Positions 42,072 to 53,300 of a stretch of DNA of 64,000 nucleotides are shown in pieces (the stretch's first letter is position 1; the number at the start of each line of letters is the position of its first letter). The translations under genes and the position numbers were made by a program. A model generated the notes under the pieces. That model was not told the DNA's origin. It saw nothing but the letters and a program-made list of their open reading frames with translations, and searched no databases. The stretch is from Escherichia coli (GTDB lineage Bacteria; Pseudomonadota; Gammaproteobacteria; Enterobacterales; Enterobacteriaceae). The DNA lies in the NCBI RefSeq assembly GCF_044324785.1, contig NZ_CP172127.1; one strand, given 5' to 3'.

Positions 42072-43491
42072 TCTTTTTCTCCTGCGCCTGATGTTTCTTA
42101 AACCAACTACGGAAACTCTCTCCGTCAGCTTCAGGAAGATCGCGTGCTTCCATCCAGTCGCTAATCGCGCCAAATTTGAGTGGTGTTTTGCCGCCATTGA
42201 TAAACCAGCTTGCCGCATGAGCACCGGCCATCATCCCGACTTTCCACAATCCTGGATGACTATTGGCATAAGCGAACATTTTTATCGCCCGTTGCTCTGC
42301 TTTTGCGGTGATCCCTTTTTCAGCCATCACCCGACGATGACGCAAAATCAGTTTTGACAGCGGAATACGCACCGGACACACGCTGTCACAAGCAGTGCAT
42401 AAAGAGCAGGCGTAGGGTAAATCTTTAAAATCTTTATAGCCGCCAAGTAGCGGAGAAATCACCGCACCAATTGGCCCTGGATAAATAGAGCCATATCCAT
42501 GACCGCCAATGTGGCGATATGCCGGACAAGTATTCATACAAGCCCCGCAGCGAATACAGCGCAGCACATCCCGAAATTCAGAGGCCAGCACCTCAGAACG
42601 CCCGTTATCGACAATAACCAGATGAAACTCTTCAGGACCATCAACGTGCCCCGCTTCGCGCGGTCCTGTCAGCCAGGTGTTGTATCCCGTCAAACGTGCA
42701 CCAACGGCACTGCGCGCCAGCATGGTGATCAATACATCTACCTCGGCAAACGTGGGGGCAATACGCTCCATTCCCATCACTGCAATATGCGTTTTAGGCA
42801 GCGTGGTACACATTCGCGCATTACCTTCATTGGTCACCAGGCATACCGAACCGGTCTCTGCCACCGCGAAATTACAGCCGGTAATACCTATTTCAGCACT
42901 GAGGAAATCTTCGCGGATTTTTTGCCGGATGAATAAGGTCATTGCTTCAGGCGTTTCCGACCCCTCATAGCCCAGACGTTCGTGTAGCACCCGACGGATC
43001 TGATGGCGATCTTTATGAATTGCCGGGACCACAACATGAGAGGGCGGATCTTGATCCAGCTGGAGAATGTATTCACCCAGATCGGTTTCAATCACCTGAA
43101 TGCCAGCATCCTGCAACACATGATTGACACCAATCTCTTCGGTCACCATCGATTTAGATTTCACCACCTTCCGGGCATTTTTGCGTTGGGCAACCTGTAA
43201 AATGTAGCGGGTAGCGTCTTCTTTGGTTTTTGCAAAATAGACGTGACCGCCGTTTTGCGTCACTTTTTCTGAGAGCTGGTACAGATAAGCGTCGAGATTA
43301 CTCAGAACATGATCACGTATCTGGGCGGCCCGATCGCGCCACTCCTCCCAGTGCCCCAATTCATCGACCATTTTTTGCCGATTTGCCCCGATACGCTGCT
43401 GCGCGTTTGCCACCGCTTTGCGCATGATCGGATCTTCAATTTGCTGACGGATGCGTGTCTTAAAATCTGTATTACTGGTTTTGATCGACAT
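42064..43491 (-). CDS. ykgF: LutB-like iron-sulfur protein
   Basis: 475-aa ORF with two CxxCxxC ferredoxin-type motifs. Confidence 0.9.
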   Translation of the reverse strand: MSIKTSNTDFKTRIRQQIEDPIMRKAVANAQQRIGANRQKMVDELGHWEEWRDRAAQIRDHVLSNLDAYLYQLSEKVTQNGGHVYFAKTKEDATRYILQVAQRKNARKVVKSKSMVTEEIGVNHVLQDAGIQVIETDLGEYILQLDQDPPSHVVVPAIHKDRHQIRRVLHERLGYEGSETPEAMTLFIRQKIREDFLSAEIGITGCNFAVAETGSVCLVTNEGNARMCTTLPKTHIAVMGMERIAPTFAEVDVLITMLARSAVGARLTGYNTWLTGPREAGHVDGPEEFHLVIVDNGRSEVLASEFRDVLRCIRCGACMNTCPAYRHIGGHGYGSIYPGPIGAVISPLLGGYKDFKDLPYACSLCTACDSVCPVRIPLSKLILRHRRVMAEKGITAKAEQRAIKMFAYANSHPGLWKVGMMAGAHAASWFINGGKTPLKFGAISDWMEARDLPEADGESFRSWFKKHQAQEKKNG

Positions 43492-43501
43492 CTTTATATC
43501 C

Positions 43502-44221
43502 TCAGCGGCTCATCAACACTTCAGCAATATGCATCACTTTGACTTTCTGCCCTTCCCGTTGTAATCGCCCACTGATGTTCAGCAGGCAACTCACGTCAGC
43601 ACCAATTAAATACTCAGGGCGGACTTCCATCAGGTGCGCAACCTTTTCTTTCACCATCTCGCCGGATATTTCGGCCATTTTGACCGAGAACGTGCCGCCA
43701 AATCCGCAGCAGGTATCCTGTTCAGCAAAGGTCAACAGCTCCAGTCCACGCACATTTTTCAGCAGCGTAAGTGGCTCGTCCTTCACCCCCAGCTTACGGG
43801 CCAGGCTACAAGATGGGTGATACACCGCTCTCCCTTGCAAACTGGCACCTACATCGACTACCCCTAATGTATTAACAATAAAAGAGGTGAGATCCTGCAT
43901 ACGCGCGGCAACCTTTTCGGCACGTGATGCCCATTCAGGTTCATCCGCCAGATACGTCGGGTAACTTTTTACGGCATAGGTGCAAGAGCCAGCCGGTGAA
44001 ATAATGGGATCGTCGTTATCCTCCAGTGCGGCGATCAGATTTTTCATCCCTGGAATCGCTTCTTTGATATAACCACTATTGATCGCAGGCTGACCGCAGC
44101 ATCCCTGTTTCTCCGGGAAATTTACGCGACAGCCGAGTTTTTCCAGTAGCAGCACGGAGTCTCGTGCCATTCTTGATTTCAGGGCGTCACCAATACAGGT
44201 GACAAAGAAATTGACATTCAC
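43502..44221 (-). CDS. ykgE: LutA-like cysteine-rich (CCG-domain) oxidoreductase subunit
   Basis: 239-aa ORF with CCG-type cysteine clusters; first gene of ykgEFG. Confidence 0.9.
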   Translation of the reverse strand: MNVNFFVTCIGDALKSRMARDSVLLLEKLGCRVNFPEKQGCCGQPAINSGYIKEAIPGMKNLIAALEDNDDPIISPAGSCTYAVKSYPTYLADEPEWASRAEKVAARMQDLTSFIVNTLGVVDVGASLQGRAVYHPSCSLARKLGVKDEPLTLLKNVRGLELLTFAEQDTCCGFGGTFSVKMAEISGEMVKEKVAHLMEVRPEYLIGADVSCLLNISGRLQREGQKVKVMHIAEVLMSR

Positions 44222-44747
44222 AACTAATACTCCATTACTTCATGCCCATTTATGCCCGATGGTTCCCCCCTTCCGGGGGATCAATCATCAATAAATATGG
44301 CGTTCTTTTTTAATTGGCTAGCAACATACCACCCCTCATTTGTATGACAAATGATAATCTTTCATCCAAACTTCAAATGCAATAACTAATTTTATTTCTT
44401 TCGGCATCGCTCACATTTTATAGGGAAATCGACGATCATTTTTGGCATAAGAAATCCATTTAAAAAGGCTACATCCCTTATACCTATTCAGTGCTACTTA
44501 TTCAGGGGTTATTGAGATATACACTGATGGTGTACAAACAAAATCACCAACAATAATTACGTATCAAGTAATAATCGGCATTTTATTTAATTGAAGCAAT
44601 TTAGTTTGCATTTTTATTTAAAAACTGAGCTAGAGTCCATCAGAAAAAATATATAAAGCCCAAACCACCGTTGGAAATAGAAATAGTTGAAAGGCTCACA
44701 ACTCCCGGAATGCGGATTATCTTTGCCCTGATTTCTGGCGGTTTTAT

Positions 44748-45602
44748 TCAGGGTGCAAGCTGTCTGACCCTTTCCCGATATTCTCCCGGAGTACAACCAA
44801 ACTCGCGGACAAACGCCTTGTGAAAAGAGGATTCACTGGCATAGCCTACTGACTCAGCGATCACCGCAACAGGGAGCGTTTCCCGGGAAAACATCTGGGC
44901 CGCTATTTGTAGACGCAACTTTGTTAATACAGACAGCGGCGTGGTTCCGGAAACATCACGGAAAAGCAGGGCAAAACTTGCCCGGGACATGTGGGCGATG
45001 CTGGCCAGCGATTCGACGGTCCAGGCGTGTCCTGGCATTTCCAGCATTTGCTGTATTACCGCACCAAGACGTGGATGCAGAAGCAAACTGAGAATGTTTT
45101 TCTCAGTATTAACCTGTGCAATCCACTCACGCACCGCGAGGATAAAGAATGTAGCGCAGATCTGGCTACACAGTGCATCCACTCCCGGCATTGCCGATCT
45201 GGATTCCTGTTGTAAAAACGGGATCGCCTCCCTCAGCCAGTTATATTCCACGCTGTGGTTAACCGGTGCTAAAAACAGCGTTTCCGGCAAAGACGTTAAA
45301 AAATAACGCGCCGAATGTTGCAGCCGAAGAGTGCCGCAGACAATACAGGTCGATTCATTATCGACATGACTCAGGCGATGAGCTGAATTTTGTGGTAGCA
45401 GGACCACATTTCCCGGGCGTAATGTAAAAATCTCCCCCGTCGGCATTTCCAGCTTCGCCGCTCCTTGCGTTAACGCATGCCAACGAATAACCGATAATTC
45501 CCCGGCACCATGTGGAAGCTGCCAGTCACTTCCTAACACGCAATTCTTATCGATCGTTCCTTGTGGAGCGTTAAGCATCAACAAACGGCTAAGGGCATCC
45601 AT
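44748..45602 (-). CDS. rclR: AraC-family reactive-chlorine-responsive activator
   Basis: 284-aa ORF with C-terminal AraC HTH, divergent from rclA; matches RclR/YkgD. Confidence 0.9.
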   Translation of the reverse strand: MDALSRLLMLNAPQGTIDKNCVLGSDWQLPHGAGELSVIRWHALTQGAAKLEMPTGEIFTLRPGNVVLLPQNSAHRLSHVDNESTCIVCGTLRLQHSARYFLTSLPETLFLAPVNHSVEYNWLREAIPFLQQESRSAMPGVDALCSQICATFFILAVREWIAQVNTEKNILSLLLHPRLGAVIQQMLEMPGHAWTVESLASIAHMSRASFALLFRDVSGTTPLSVLTKLRLQIAAQMFSRETLPVAVIAESVGYASESSFHKAFVREFGCTPGEYRERVRQLAP

Positions 45603-45827
45603 ATCAGACTCCTGAGTGGTTTTTGATTACAAACACCAACAATCTTACACAATAATTAATCTAATACCATCAAATGGTTAATCATGGTTATTGTTTTTTG
45701 ACTCTGATTAAGAAAAAGAAAATACCAGACGATAAGACAAAATATCAAGCGTTGTGAAGAAATGTTATTTGCTCTTTTGCGTCTATAGTCATGATGTCAA
45801 ATGAACGCGTTTCGACAGGAAATCATC

Positions 45828-47153
45828 ATGAATAAATATCAGGCAGTGATTATTGGTTTTGGCAAGGCTGGAAAAACATTAGCCGTCACGCTGGCAAAAG
45901 CAGGTTGGCGAGTGGCTCTCATCGAACAATCAAATGCAATGTATGGCGGGACCTGTATTAATATCGGCTGCATCCCAACCAAAACATTGGTTCATGACGC
46001 ACAGCAGCACACAGATTTTGTCCGTGCCATACAGCGTAAAAATGAAGTGGTTAATTTTTTACGTAATAAGAATTTTCATAATCTTGCGGATATGCCCAAT
46101 ATCGACGTGATCGACGGCCAGGCGGAGTTTATCAATAATCATAGCCTGCGTGTTCATCGGCCTGGGGGAAATCTGGAGATTCATGGCGAGAAAATTTTTA
46201 TTAATACCGGTGCACAAGCCGTGGTTCCGCCAATTCCTGGAATTACCACCACGCCTGGTGTATATGACAGCACCGGATTACTTAATCTAAAAGAATTGCC
46301 TGGGCATTTAGGTATTTTGGGCGGCGGATATATTGGCGTTGAGTTCGCCTCTATGTTCGCTAATTTTGGCAGCAAAGTAACCATTTTAGAAGCAGCTTCG
46401 CTGTTTTTGCCTCGGGAAGATCGGGATATTGCTGATAATATCGCGACGATTTTACGCGATCAGGGCGTCGATATTATCCTCAATGCCCATGTGGAGCGAA
46501 TCAGTCACCATGAAAATCAAGTGCAAGTGCATAGCGAGCACGCCCAACTGGCGGTGGATGCACTGTTAATAGCTTCCGGTCGTCAACCGGCTACCGCTTC
46601 GTTACATCCAGAAAATGCCGGTATCGCAGTAAACGAGCGCGGGGCAATTGTCGTTGACAAGCGATTACATACCACCGCAGACAATATTTGGGCGATGGGA
46701 GATGTTACCGGCGGGCTGCAATTTACTTACATATCACTGGATGATTACCGCATTGTACGTGATGAGTTACTGGGTGAAGGCAAACGTAGTACTGATGATC
46801 GGAAAAATGTGCCTTATTCCGTATTTATGACACCGCCCCTGTCCAGGGTTGGTATGACAGAAGAACAAGCCAGAGAGAGTGGTGCTGATATTCAGGTGGT
46901 GACATTGCCTGTAGCTGCAATTCCCCGCGCCAGAGTGATGAACGATACCCGTGGGGTATTAAAAGCGATTGTTGATAATAAAACCCAACGTATATTAGGG
47001 GCATCACTGCTGTGTGTTGACTCCCACGAGATGATTAATATAGTGAAAATGGTGATGGATGCCGGACTGCCTTATAGCATATTACGCGATCAGATATTTA
47101 CTCATCCGTCGATGAGCGAATCACTCAATGATCTATTTTCATTAGTCAAATAA
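45828..47153 (+). CDS. rclA: pyridine nucleotide-disulfide oxidoreductase
   Basis: ORF 45801..47153 trimmed to ATG 45828 (MNKYQAVIIGFGKAGKTLA..., 441 aa); redox-active CINIGC motif. Confidence 0.9.
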   Translation: MNKYQAVIIGFGKAGKTLAVTLAKAGWRVALIEQSNAMYGGTCINIGCIPTKTLVHDAQQHTDFVRAIQRKNEVVNFLRNKNFHNLADMPNIDVIDGQAEFINNHSLRVHRPGGNLEIHGEKIFINTGAQAVVPPIPGITTTPGVYDSTGLLNLKELPGHLGILGGGYIGVEFASMFANFGSKVTILEAASLFLPREDRDIADNIATILRDQGVDIILNAHVERISHHENQVQVHSEHAQLAVDALLIASGRQPATASLHPENAGIAVNERGAIVVDKRLHTTADNIWAMGDVTGGLQFTYISLDDYRIVRDELLGEGKRSTDDRKNVPYSVFMTPPLSRVGMTEEQARESGADIQVVTLPVAAIPRARVMNDTRGVLKAIVDNKTQRILGASLLCVDSHEMINIVKMVMDAGLPYSILRDQIFTHPSMSESLNDLFSLVK

Positions 47154-47163
47154 ACTCAAAATC

Positions 47164-47191
47164 AGACGCCAGAACAAATATTCTGGCGTCT
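47164..47191 (+). other. 11-bp-stem hairpin between rclA and rclB
   Basis: agacgccagaa-caaata-ttctggcgtct read in sequence; no following T-run, so may be attenuator/processing structure rather than terminator. Confidence 0.4.
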
Positions 47192-47261
47192 CAGAGAAAA
47201 GAATCTTATTAATTCTCTGTTACTCTATAAATTCTTAATCACTTCATTGATGGTATTTTAT

Positions 47262-47498
47262 ATGTTTAAAAAATCCGTTTTATTTGCAACACTATTATCT
47301 GGCGTTATGGCATTTTCCACCAATGCAGATGATAAAATAATTCTGAAACATATCAGCGTCTCGTCAGTATCAGCATCACCGACAGTTCTGGAGGATACCA
47401 TTGCTGATATAGCCAGAAAATATAATGCTTCATCCTGGAAAGTCACATCGATGCGAATTGATAATAATTCAACCGCAACAGCAGTATTGTATAAATAA
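47262..47498 (+). CDS. rclB: DUF1471 periplasmic protein
   Basis: ATG 47262 (MFKKSVLFATLLSG..., 78 aa) with signal peptide. Confidence 0.8.
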   Translation: MFKKSVLFATLLSGVMAFSTNADDKIILKHISVSSVSASPTVLEDTIADIARKYNASSWKVTSMRIDNNSTATAVLYK

Positions 47499-47509
47499 GG
47501 ATGTTCACA

Positions 47510-48103
47510 ATGGAAAAATACCTGCACCTGTTAAGTCGGGGAGATAAAATTGGCCTGACATTGATTCGTCTGAGTATTGCGATTGTTTTTATGTGGATTG
47601 GGTTATTAAAGTTTGTCCCTTACGAGGCAGACAGCATTACACCATTCGTCGCAAACAGTCCACTAATGTCGTTCTTTTATGAACACCCGGAAGACTATAA
47701 ACAGTATCTGACTCACGAAGGCGAATACAAACCAGAAGCAAGGGCATGGCAATCGGCCAATAATACCTATGGTTTTTCCAACGGTCTTGGCGTCGTGGAG
47801 GTGATTATTGCTCTGCTGGTTTTGGCTAATCCTGTCAATCGCTGGTTAGGTTTATTGGGAGGGCTGATGGCATTTACCACACCGTTGGTAACACTCTCAT
47901 TTTTAATCACCACCCCGGAGGCATGGGTACCCGCATTGGGTGACGCTCATCATGGTTTCCCTTATTTATCCGGTGCTGGTCGCCTGGTATTGAAAGATAC
48001 TCTGATGCTGGCAGGTGCTGTCATGATAATGGCAGATTCGGCGCGGGACATTCTTAAACAACGCAGTAATGAATCCAGTTCAACGTTAAAAACTGAATAT
48101 TGA
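47510..48103 (+). CDS. rclC: DUF417 inner-membrane protein
   Basis: ATG 47510 preceded by AAGGA (MEKYLHLLSRGDKIG..., 197 aa). Confidence 0.85.
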   Translation: MEKYLHLLSRGDKIGLTLIRLSIAIVFMWIGLLKFVPYEADSITPFVANSPLMSFFYEHPEDYKQYLTHEGEYKPEARAWQSANNTYGFSNGLGVVEVIIALLVLANPVNRWLGLLGGLMAFTTPLVTLSFLITTPEAWVPALGDAHHGFPYLSGAGRLVLKDTLMLAGAVMIMADSARDILKQRSNESSSTLKTEY

Positions 48104-48136
48104 TAATCCGAACACTGTCTGTTGTTCACTTTTTCA

Positions 48137-48174
48137 GGCGTCAGGCCCCCTTTCTGATGATGAAGCCTGACGCC
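48137..48174. terminator. bidirectional hairpin ggcgtcaggc ... gcctgacgcc between rclC and aldo-keto reductase
   Basis: Perfect 10-bp GC-rich stem with 18-nt loop between convergent gene ends. Confidence 0.45.
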
Positions 48175-48262
48175 ATATTACTGGAGATATGACAGAGTGA
48201 AGATCAATATCACTCCCCTGTTAAAAGATTCTTGTCGTCTCAGGTAAAATACATGATTAATA

Positions 48263-49147
48263 TCAATCATGTATTTTTACAGCAAGACAACCACGAACAA
48301 ATTCAGGATTAAAATGTTTTACCGACTCCCCAACATAACCCAAATCAAGCGAACTAATTTGTGCCATTTCTTTCTCTGTCAGTGAGAAATCCCAGATAGC
48401 AAAATTTTCTTCGATACGCTGTTGATGTGTCGATTTCGGAATAACGACCACTCCCCGTTGAATATTCCAACGCAGAATGACTTGAGAAATCGATTTTTGA
48501 TGGGCATCTGCAATACTCTGAAGCAGATTATTTTCAAAGGGTTTATGTCGTCCACCACCTAACGGAGCCCATGCTTCAGGCTGCACGTTATAATACTTCA
48601 TGGTTGCCAGCGCCTCTGGTTGGGCAAAATAGGGATGCAACTCGACCTGGTTGACCATCGGTTTAACTCTTACCGTTTCACAAAAGTTCGCCAGAACATG
48701 AGGATAGAAATTGGAAACCCCAATTGCTTTTAATTTGCCCTCTTCATAGGCATCTTCGAGTGCACGCCACGCACTGAAATAATCGCGCATAGCCTGGTGC
48801 AATAAATAGAGGTCGAAGTATTCTAGTCCCGATTTTTTTAATGACGCTTCAATACCTGCTTTTGCCGTATCCTGATTCAACATATCCTGCACCCACAATT
48901 TAGACGTTATAAATAACTCATCTCGGGTACATAAACCTTCAGATATAGCTTCACGAACGGCTTCACCGACGGCATCTTCATTACCGTATACCGCTGCAGT
49001 GTCGATGAGTCGATAACCCGTGCGGATAGCGTTCAACACTGACTGTTTGCACACGTTTTTATCGGTAACCTGAAAAACACCAAATCCCATCATCGGCATT
49101 TTCAGATTGTTACTTAATACGGAAAATTCCACTGTCAGTCCCTCCAT
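48263..49147 (-). CDS. aldo-keto reductase
   Basis: 294-aa ORF with AKR motifs ([20 protein letters not shown]); true start may be an internal Met (MPMMGFG...). Confidence 0.85.
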   Translation of the reverse strand: MEGLTVEFSVLSNNLKMPMMGFGVFQVTDKNVCKQSVLNAIRTGYRLIDTAAVYGNEDAVGEAVREAISEGLCTRDELFITSKLWVQDMLNQDTAKAGIEASLKKSGLEYFDLYLLHQAMRDYFSAWRALEDAYEEGKLKAIGVSNFYPHVLANFCETVRVKPMVNQVELHPYFAQPEALATMKYYNVQPEAWAPLGGGRHKPFENNLLQSIADAHQKSISQVILRWNIQRGVVVIPKSTHQQRIEENFAIWDFSLTEKEMAQISSLDLGYVGESVKHFNPEFVRGCLAVKIHD

Positions 49148-49380
49148 TAGGCATGAACAATGAGTCTACGTTAAAACGTAACCTCAAATTAGTATGTGGA
49201 TTTTGATATCACTTATGCAAAAAATTCATTAATAATGTAGGGTTGAAACCTCTCTATTTTCGGGGACAACGAAGCAGACGCTATCAGTGCTTTTGCCTTG
49301 CGCCTTGCTGTTTTTGATACACTTAGGGCCCAGGACATAACGAAAATGTGCGATATGACAAAGAATTAACGGAGAATGTG

Positions 49381-50238
49381 ATGATCAGGCAGAAGATTCT
49401 ACAGCAGCTCCTGGAGTGGATTGAGTGCAATCTTGAGCACCCTATTTCAATCGAAGATATCGCACAGAAATCTGGCTACAGCAGACGCAACATCCAGCTT
49501 CTGTTCCGAAATTTCATGCATGTGCCTTTGGGAGAATACATTCGCAAACGAAGGCTTTGTCGTGCCGCCATTCTTGTCCGGCTCACCGCGAAATCTATGC
49601 TTGATATTGCACTTTCTTTGCATTTTGATTCACAGCAGTCATTCAGCCGCGAATTTAAAAAGTTATTCGGCTGCTCTCCCCGTGAATACCGCCACCGTGA
49701 TTATTGGGATCTCGCAAATATCTTCCCTTCTTTTTTAATACGTCAACAACAAAAGACGGAGTGTAGATTAGTCAACTTTCCTGAGACACCTATTTTTGGC
49801 AACTCATTTAAATATGACATTGAAGTGTCGAATAAATCACCGGATGAAGAAGTCAAACTGCGACGTCATCATTTATCCAGATGTATGAATAATTTTAAGA
49901 CGGATATCTATTTCGTCTCCACGTTTGAACCGTCAACAAAATCGGTCGATTTGCTCACGGTTGAAACTTTTGCCGGTACGGTATGCAAACAAACCGATTC
50001 AGAGATGCCGAAAGAGTGGACAATTAACCGAGGACTGTATGCCTCTTTCCGCTATGAAGGTGAGTGGGAGCACTACCCTGAATGGGCGCGAAACCTCTAT
50101 CTGATGGAATTACCTGCCAGGGGGTTAGCCAGAGTGAACGGCAGTGATATTGAGCGGTTTTATTACAATGAAAACTTCGTCGAAATTGATAGCAATAACA
50201 TTGTTTGCGAAATTTTTATCCCCGTTCGTCCGGTTTAG
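49381..50238 (+). CDS. ykgA: AraC-family regulator with GyrI-like effector domain (Rob-like)
   Basis: ATG 49381 preceded by GGAG; N-terminal AraC HTH; 285 aa; intact here. Confidence 0.8.
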   Translation: MIRQKILQQLLEWIECNLEHPISIEDIAQKSGYSRRNIQLLFRNFMHVPLGEYIRKRRLCRAAILVRLTAKSMLDIALSLHFDSQQSFSREFKKLFGCSPREYRHRDYWDLANIFPSFLIRQQQKTECRLVNFPETPIFGNSFKYDIEVSNKSPDEEVKLRRHHLSRCMNNFKTDIYFVSTFEPSTKSVDLLTVETFAGTVCKQTDSEMPKEWTINRGLYASFRYEGEWEHYPEWARNLYLMELPARGLARVNGSDIERFYYNENFVEIDSNNIVCEIFIPVRPV

Positions 50239-50295
50239 TTGTCGCTAAATCTAAGTGAATATATAACGAGACTACTGTCAGGAAATTCAATAAAT

Positions 50296-50322
50296 AATGG
50301 CGTTGAATATGTCAACGCCATT
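50296..50322. terminator. bidirectional hairpin aatggcgttga-atatg-tcaacgccatt between ykgA and eaeH
   Basis: Perfect 11-bp stem read in sequence between convergent gene ends. Confidence 0.45.
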
Positions 50323-50358
50323 AATGTTTATTAGAATGCTACTTTCATATTCTTAAAA

Positions 50359-53300
50359 TTATTTCATCGCCTCCTCGTCCTTTGCCGTATCGGCATCCAC
50401 CGCGGTAATGGTCACCGTCACTGGCTTCATTTCGTACCCGCCATACGTCAGGGCGTTAAATGTGAACGTATAGACACCAGGCTTGCTGGTACTAAATTTA
50501 CGCGTGATTTTTCCGCTCACGAAATGGTCATTTTTCGACGGCAGGAATTGATAATCCTTCTCCGTCACTCCTTCCGGAGCCTCAATGTCGACCCACACAT
50601 TCCCGCCAACAGGGTTATTTGCCGAGAACAGGGTCACCTCCAGCTTCGCAGTCGATTTCCCATCCGCCACCAGCGATTGCACATCAGATGATGCGGTGAG
50701 CTCCGCGTTTTTATCATCCGCGACGAATTTAGATTCGGCAGTTTTCGTTGATACCTGACCGTTGGTCTGACTCACTTGCGCCTTGAGTGTGTATGTCGCC
50801 GCAACAGTAGTGGTAGCGGTGAAAATAGCCTGCCCTTGCTCATTCGTTGTCGCAGTGCCATTCGGTTCCAGGTTTAACGAAGCCGGGCTGGCAGTCAGCG
50901 TCACGTCGCTATCTTTCAACAGGTTGTTATTGGCATCAGTCACCGTAACTTTATACGTCTGTTTGGCTTTGCCGTCCGCCAGCGCATAGTTGCCAATCAC
51001 CTCAATACCGGAGACGGTTGCGGTAGTCTTATCGGCTACAAACGTTATAGTCTGCGTATTCGAAGGCTGGCTATTCCCTGCCGATGCCGTGATCTCATAC
51101 GTTCCGGCAGTCACTGAAACCACCTGCAACTCTGCTTTCCCCTCATCGTTGGCTTTCACCCAGACATTATCGCCAGTAAGCGGCTTGACACCCCGGGGCA
51201 GATTAAAGGTCACCAGAGTTCCTGGAACAGGGTTACCGTTTTTATCCTCAACGGTCGCCGTCAGCGTAAAGGCATCTTTGCCGTTTGCCACTTTTTGAAC
51301 GGCGGTGTCTACCTGCAGGTTTGCCTGACCGGTGCTGGCATCCGCGTTGAATTTCACCGTGACCGTCTTCTGAGAGTTTTTCACCACGGCCGCGATTTCA
51401 AGTTCCCCTGCAACGGTTGATATCAACTCAATATCCGCTTTCCCTGCCGCATTGGTTGTTACTGTATTCCCCGTCTTGCTGGTCACACCCTGCGGTAAAG
51501 TCAGCGTAACTTCTTGCCCCTGCAACGGGTTACCATAGCTGTCCACGACGGTCAGGGTTACCTGGTTAGCAGACTGTCCATTTGCCAGTTGGTTATTCAC
51601 CTTCACCGCCATATCACTGATCACTGCCCGGGAAGCGTCGCCTGCAACATTCAGCACCAGTGGCTGAGCAACGGCATTTTGGCCGTTCACGCGCGGCATG
51701 ACTGATAGCTGACCTGCAGCCGATCCCAGCGTTAAGGTCGCCACGTAGACCCCATTACTTTGCTCTGTCCAGCTTCCTGCTGAAGGTCGCGCTGATCCCG
51801 TGCTGGCGGCACCGCTAAACACTGGTGCATCTGGCTTCAGCCCGGTGACCGGGTTCCCGTACGCATCCTTCACGGTGAAGGTGAGTTCCGTCGTCGTTTT
51901 AACCGTTGGAGTCTTATTGTCCGCAACAAGCGTAGAGTTCGCTGATGACATCTCCCCGGCGATGACCGTCAACTGCGCGGCTTCGGTGGCTGCTGGCTGG
52001 CCGTTGAAGAGAGGCATGACACGAAGCTCGCCCGTCTTTCCGCCTGTGGTCAACGTAGCAACATAGTAACCGTCACCTTTTTCGGTCCAACTGGAAATAG
52101 TCGCCCCTTCAGAGGCGGTCCCCGTCAAACTTGCCGACAACGAAAGACCACTGATAGCGTTGCCATGCGCATCTTTCGCCACCAGCGTCACGGTTGTGCT
52201 TTCGCCTGCTTTTACGCGATCTGCGGCTACAGACACTGTCGACTGGCCTGAAGATAACGCATCAGCCACCACGGTTACTTTTGCCGCGTTTGCTGCCGCA
52301 TCCTGTCCATTTAGCTTCGGCATAACTTCTAATTCACCCGCCGTAGAGCCGAGAGTAATCTGCGCAGTCCACGTCCCATCACCATTATTTGTCCAGCCAG
52401 ATGCCGTAGAACCTACAGCAGCGGCACCCGCTAATGACGGCGCTTCCGGCGTGAGGCTGGTCACAGGGTTGTCATTGGCATCTTTTGTCGACCAGATTGC
52501 CGTAAGCGTACCGCCGACCACCGGTTTATCAGGATTCAGGGTGATGGACGAATGTGCTGCATCAAGCGGCCCGGCAACAAACTTCAGCGTTTGTTGTAAT
52601 GTGCCCAGCTGATACTGCTCGCTGAAGGCACGCACAACAACGTTTCCGGCACGGGTCGAAGAAACCGTGGCGCTGTAAACCCCAGGTTTTATTTCCGAAA
52701 TGGCACCAACGGTAACACCATTAGTGTCTTGCGGAACAAGTCGCAGGCGGCTGGCTTCTCCCGTCACCGGATTACCCTCGGAGTCCACCGCAGTCAGCGT
52801 CAGCGTGTAGGCTTGCTGACCATCAGCAACCACGTCACCTGACGGCTCGTTAGCGCTCAGGGTGGAGTTTGCCACATCCATCATCGTGGCCCGCAGTTCT
52901 GCAGTGACGGTTTTGCTCATGCCATCAACGCTAACAGTAATCGTTGCCTCACCTGACTGCGTTCCGGTCGTAAAGACAGACTGGTACACCCCTGCTTCAG
53001 TTTCGGTGAACTCACCCAGTGTGGGCTGTGCCTGTGATTTAGTGGCCTTCAGGGTACGAGTCACAATATTTCCAGCCGGTTTGAAGGTTAGTTCAGTCTT
53101 GATCTGCTCCTTCATGCCCGTGACTGGCTGGCCCTCGGCGTCGCGCAGAGACAGCACCAGCGGCTTTTGCTCATTACCGTTAGCAAGCATTTGAATACGG
53201 CTCTGACCGTCAAGCGTTAACGCCGTGCGATCGGCGCTCATACCAGCTCCGGTAATAACCACTTCTGTCTGCACACGTTTCGAGGCATTACCTTTCTTAT

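Noticed and set aside
44614-44796. 60-aa minus-strand ORF overlapping the rclR 3' end
   Set aside because: It overlaps the rclR stop region in another frame and has no start context; judged spurious.
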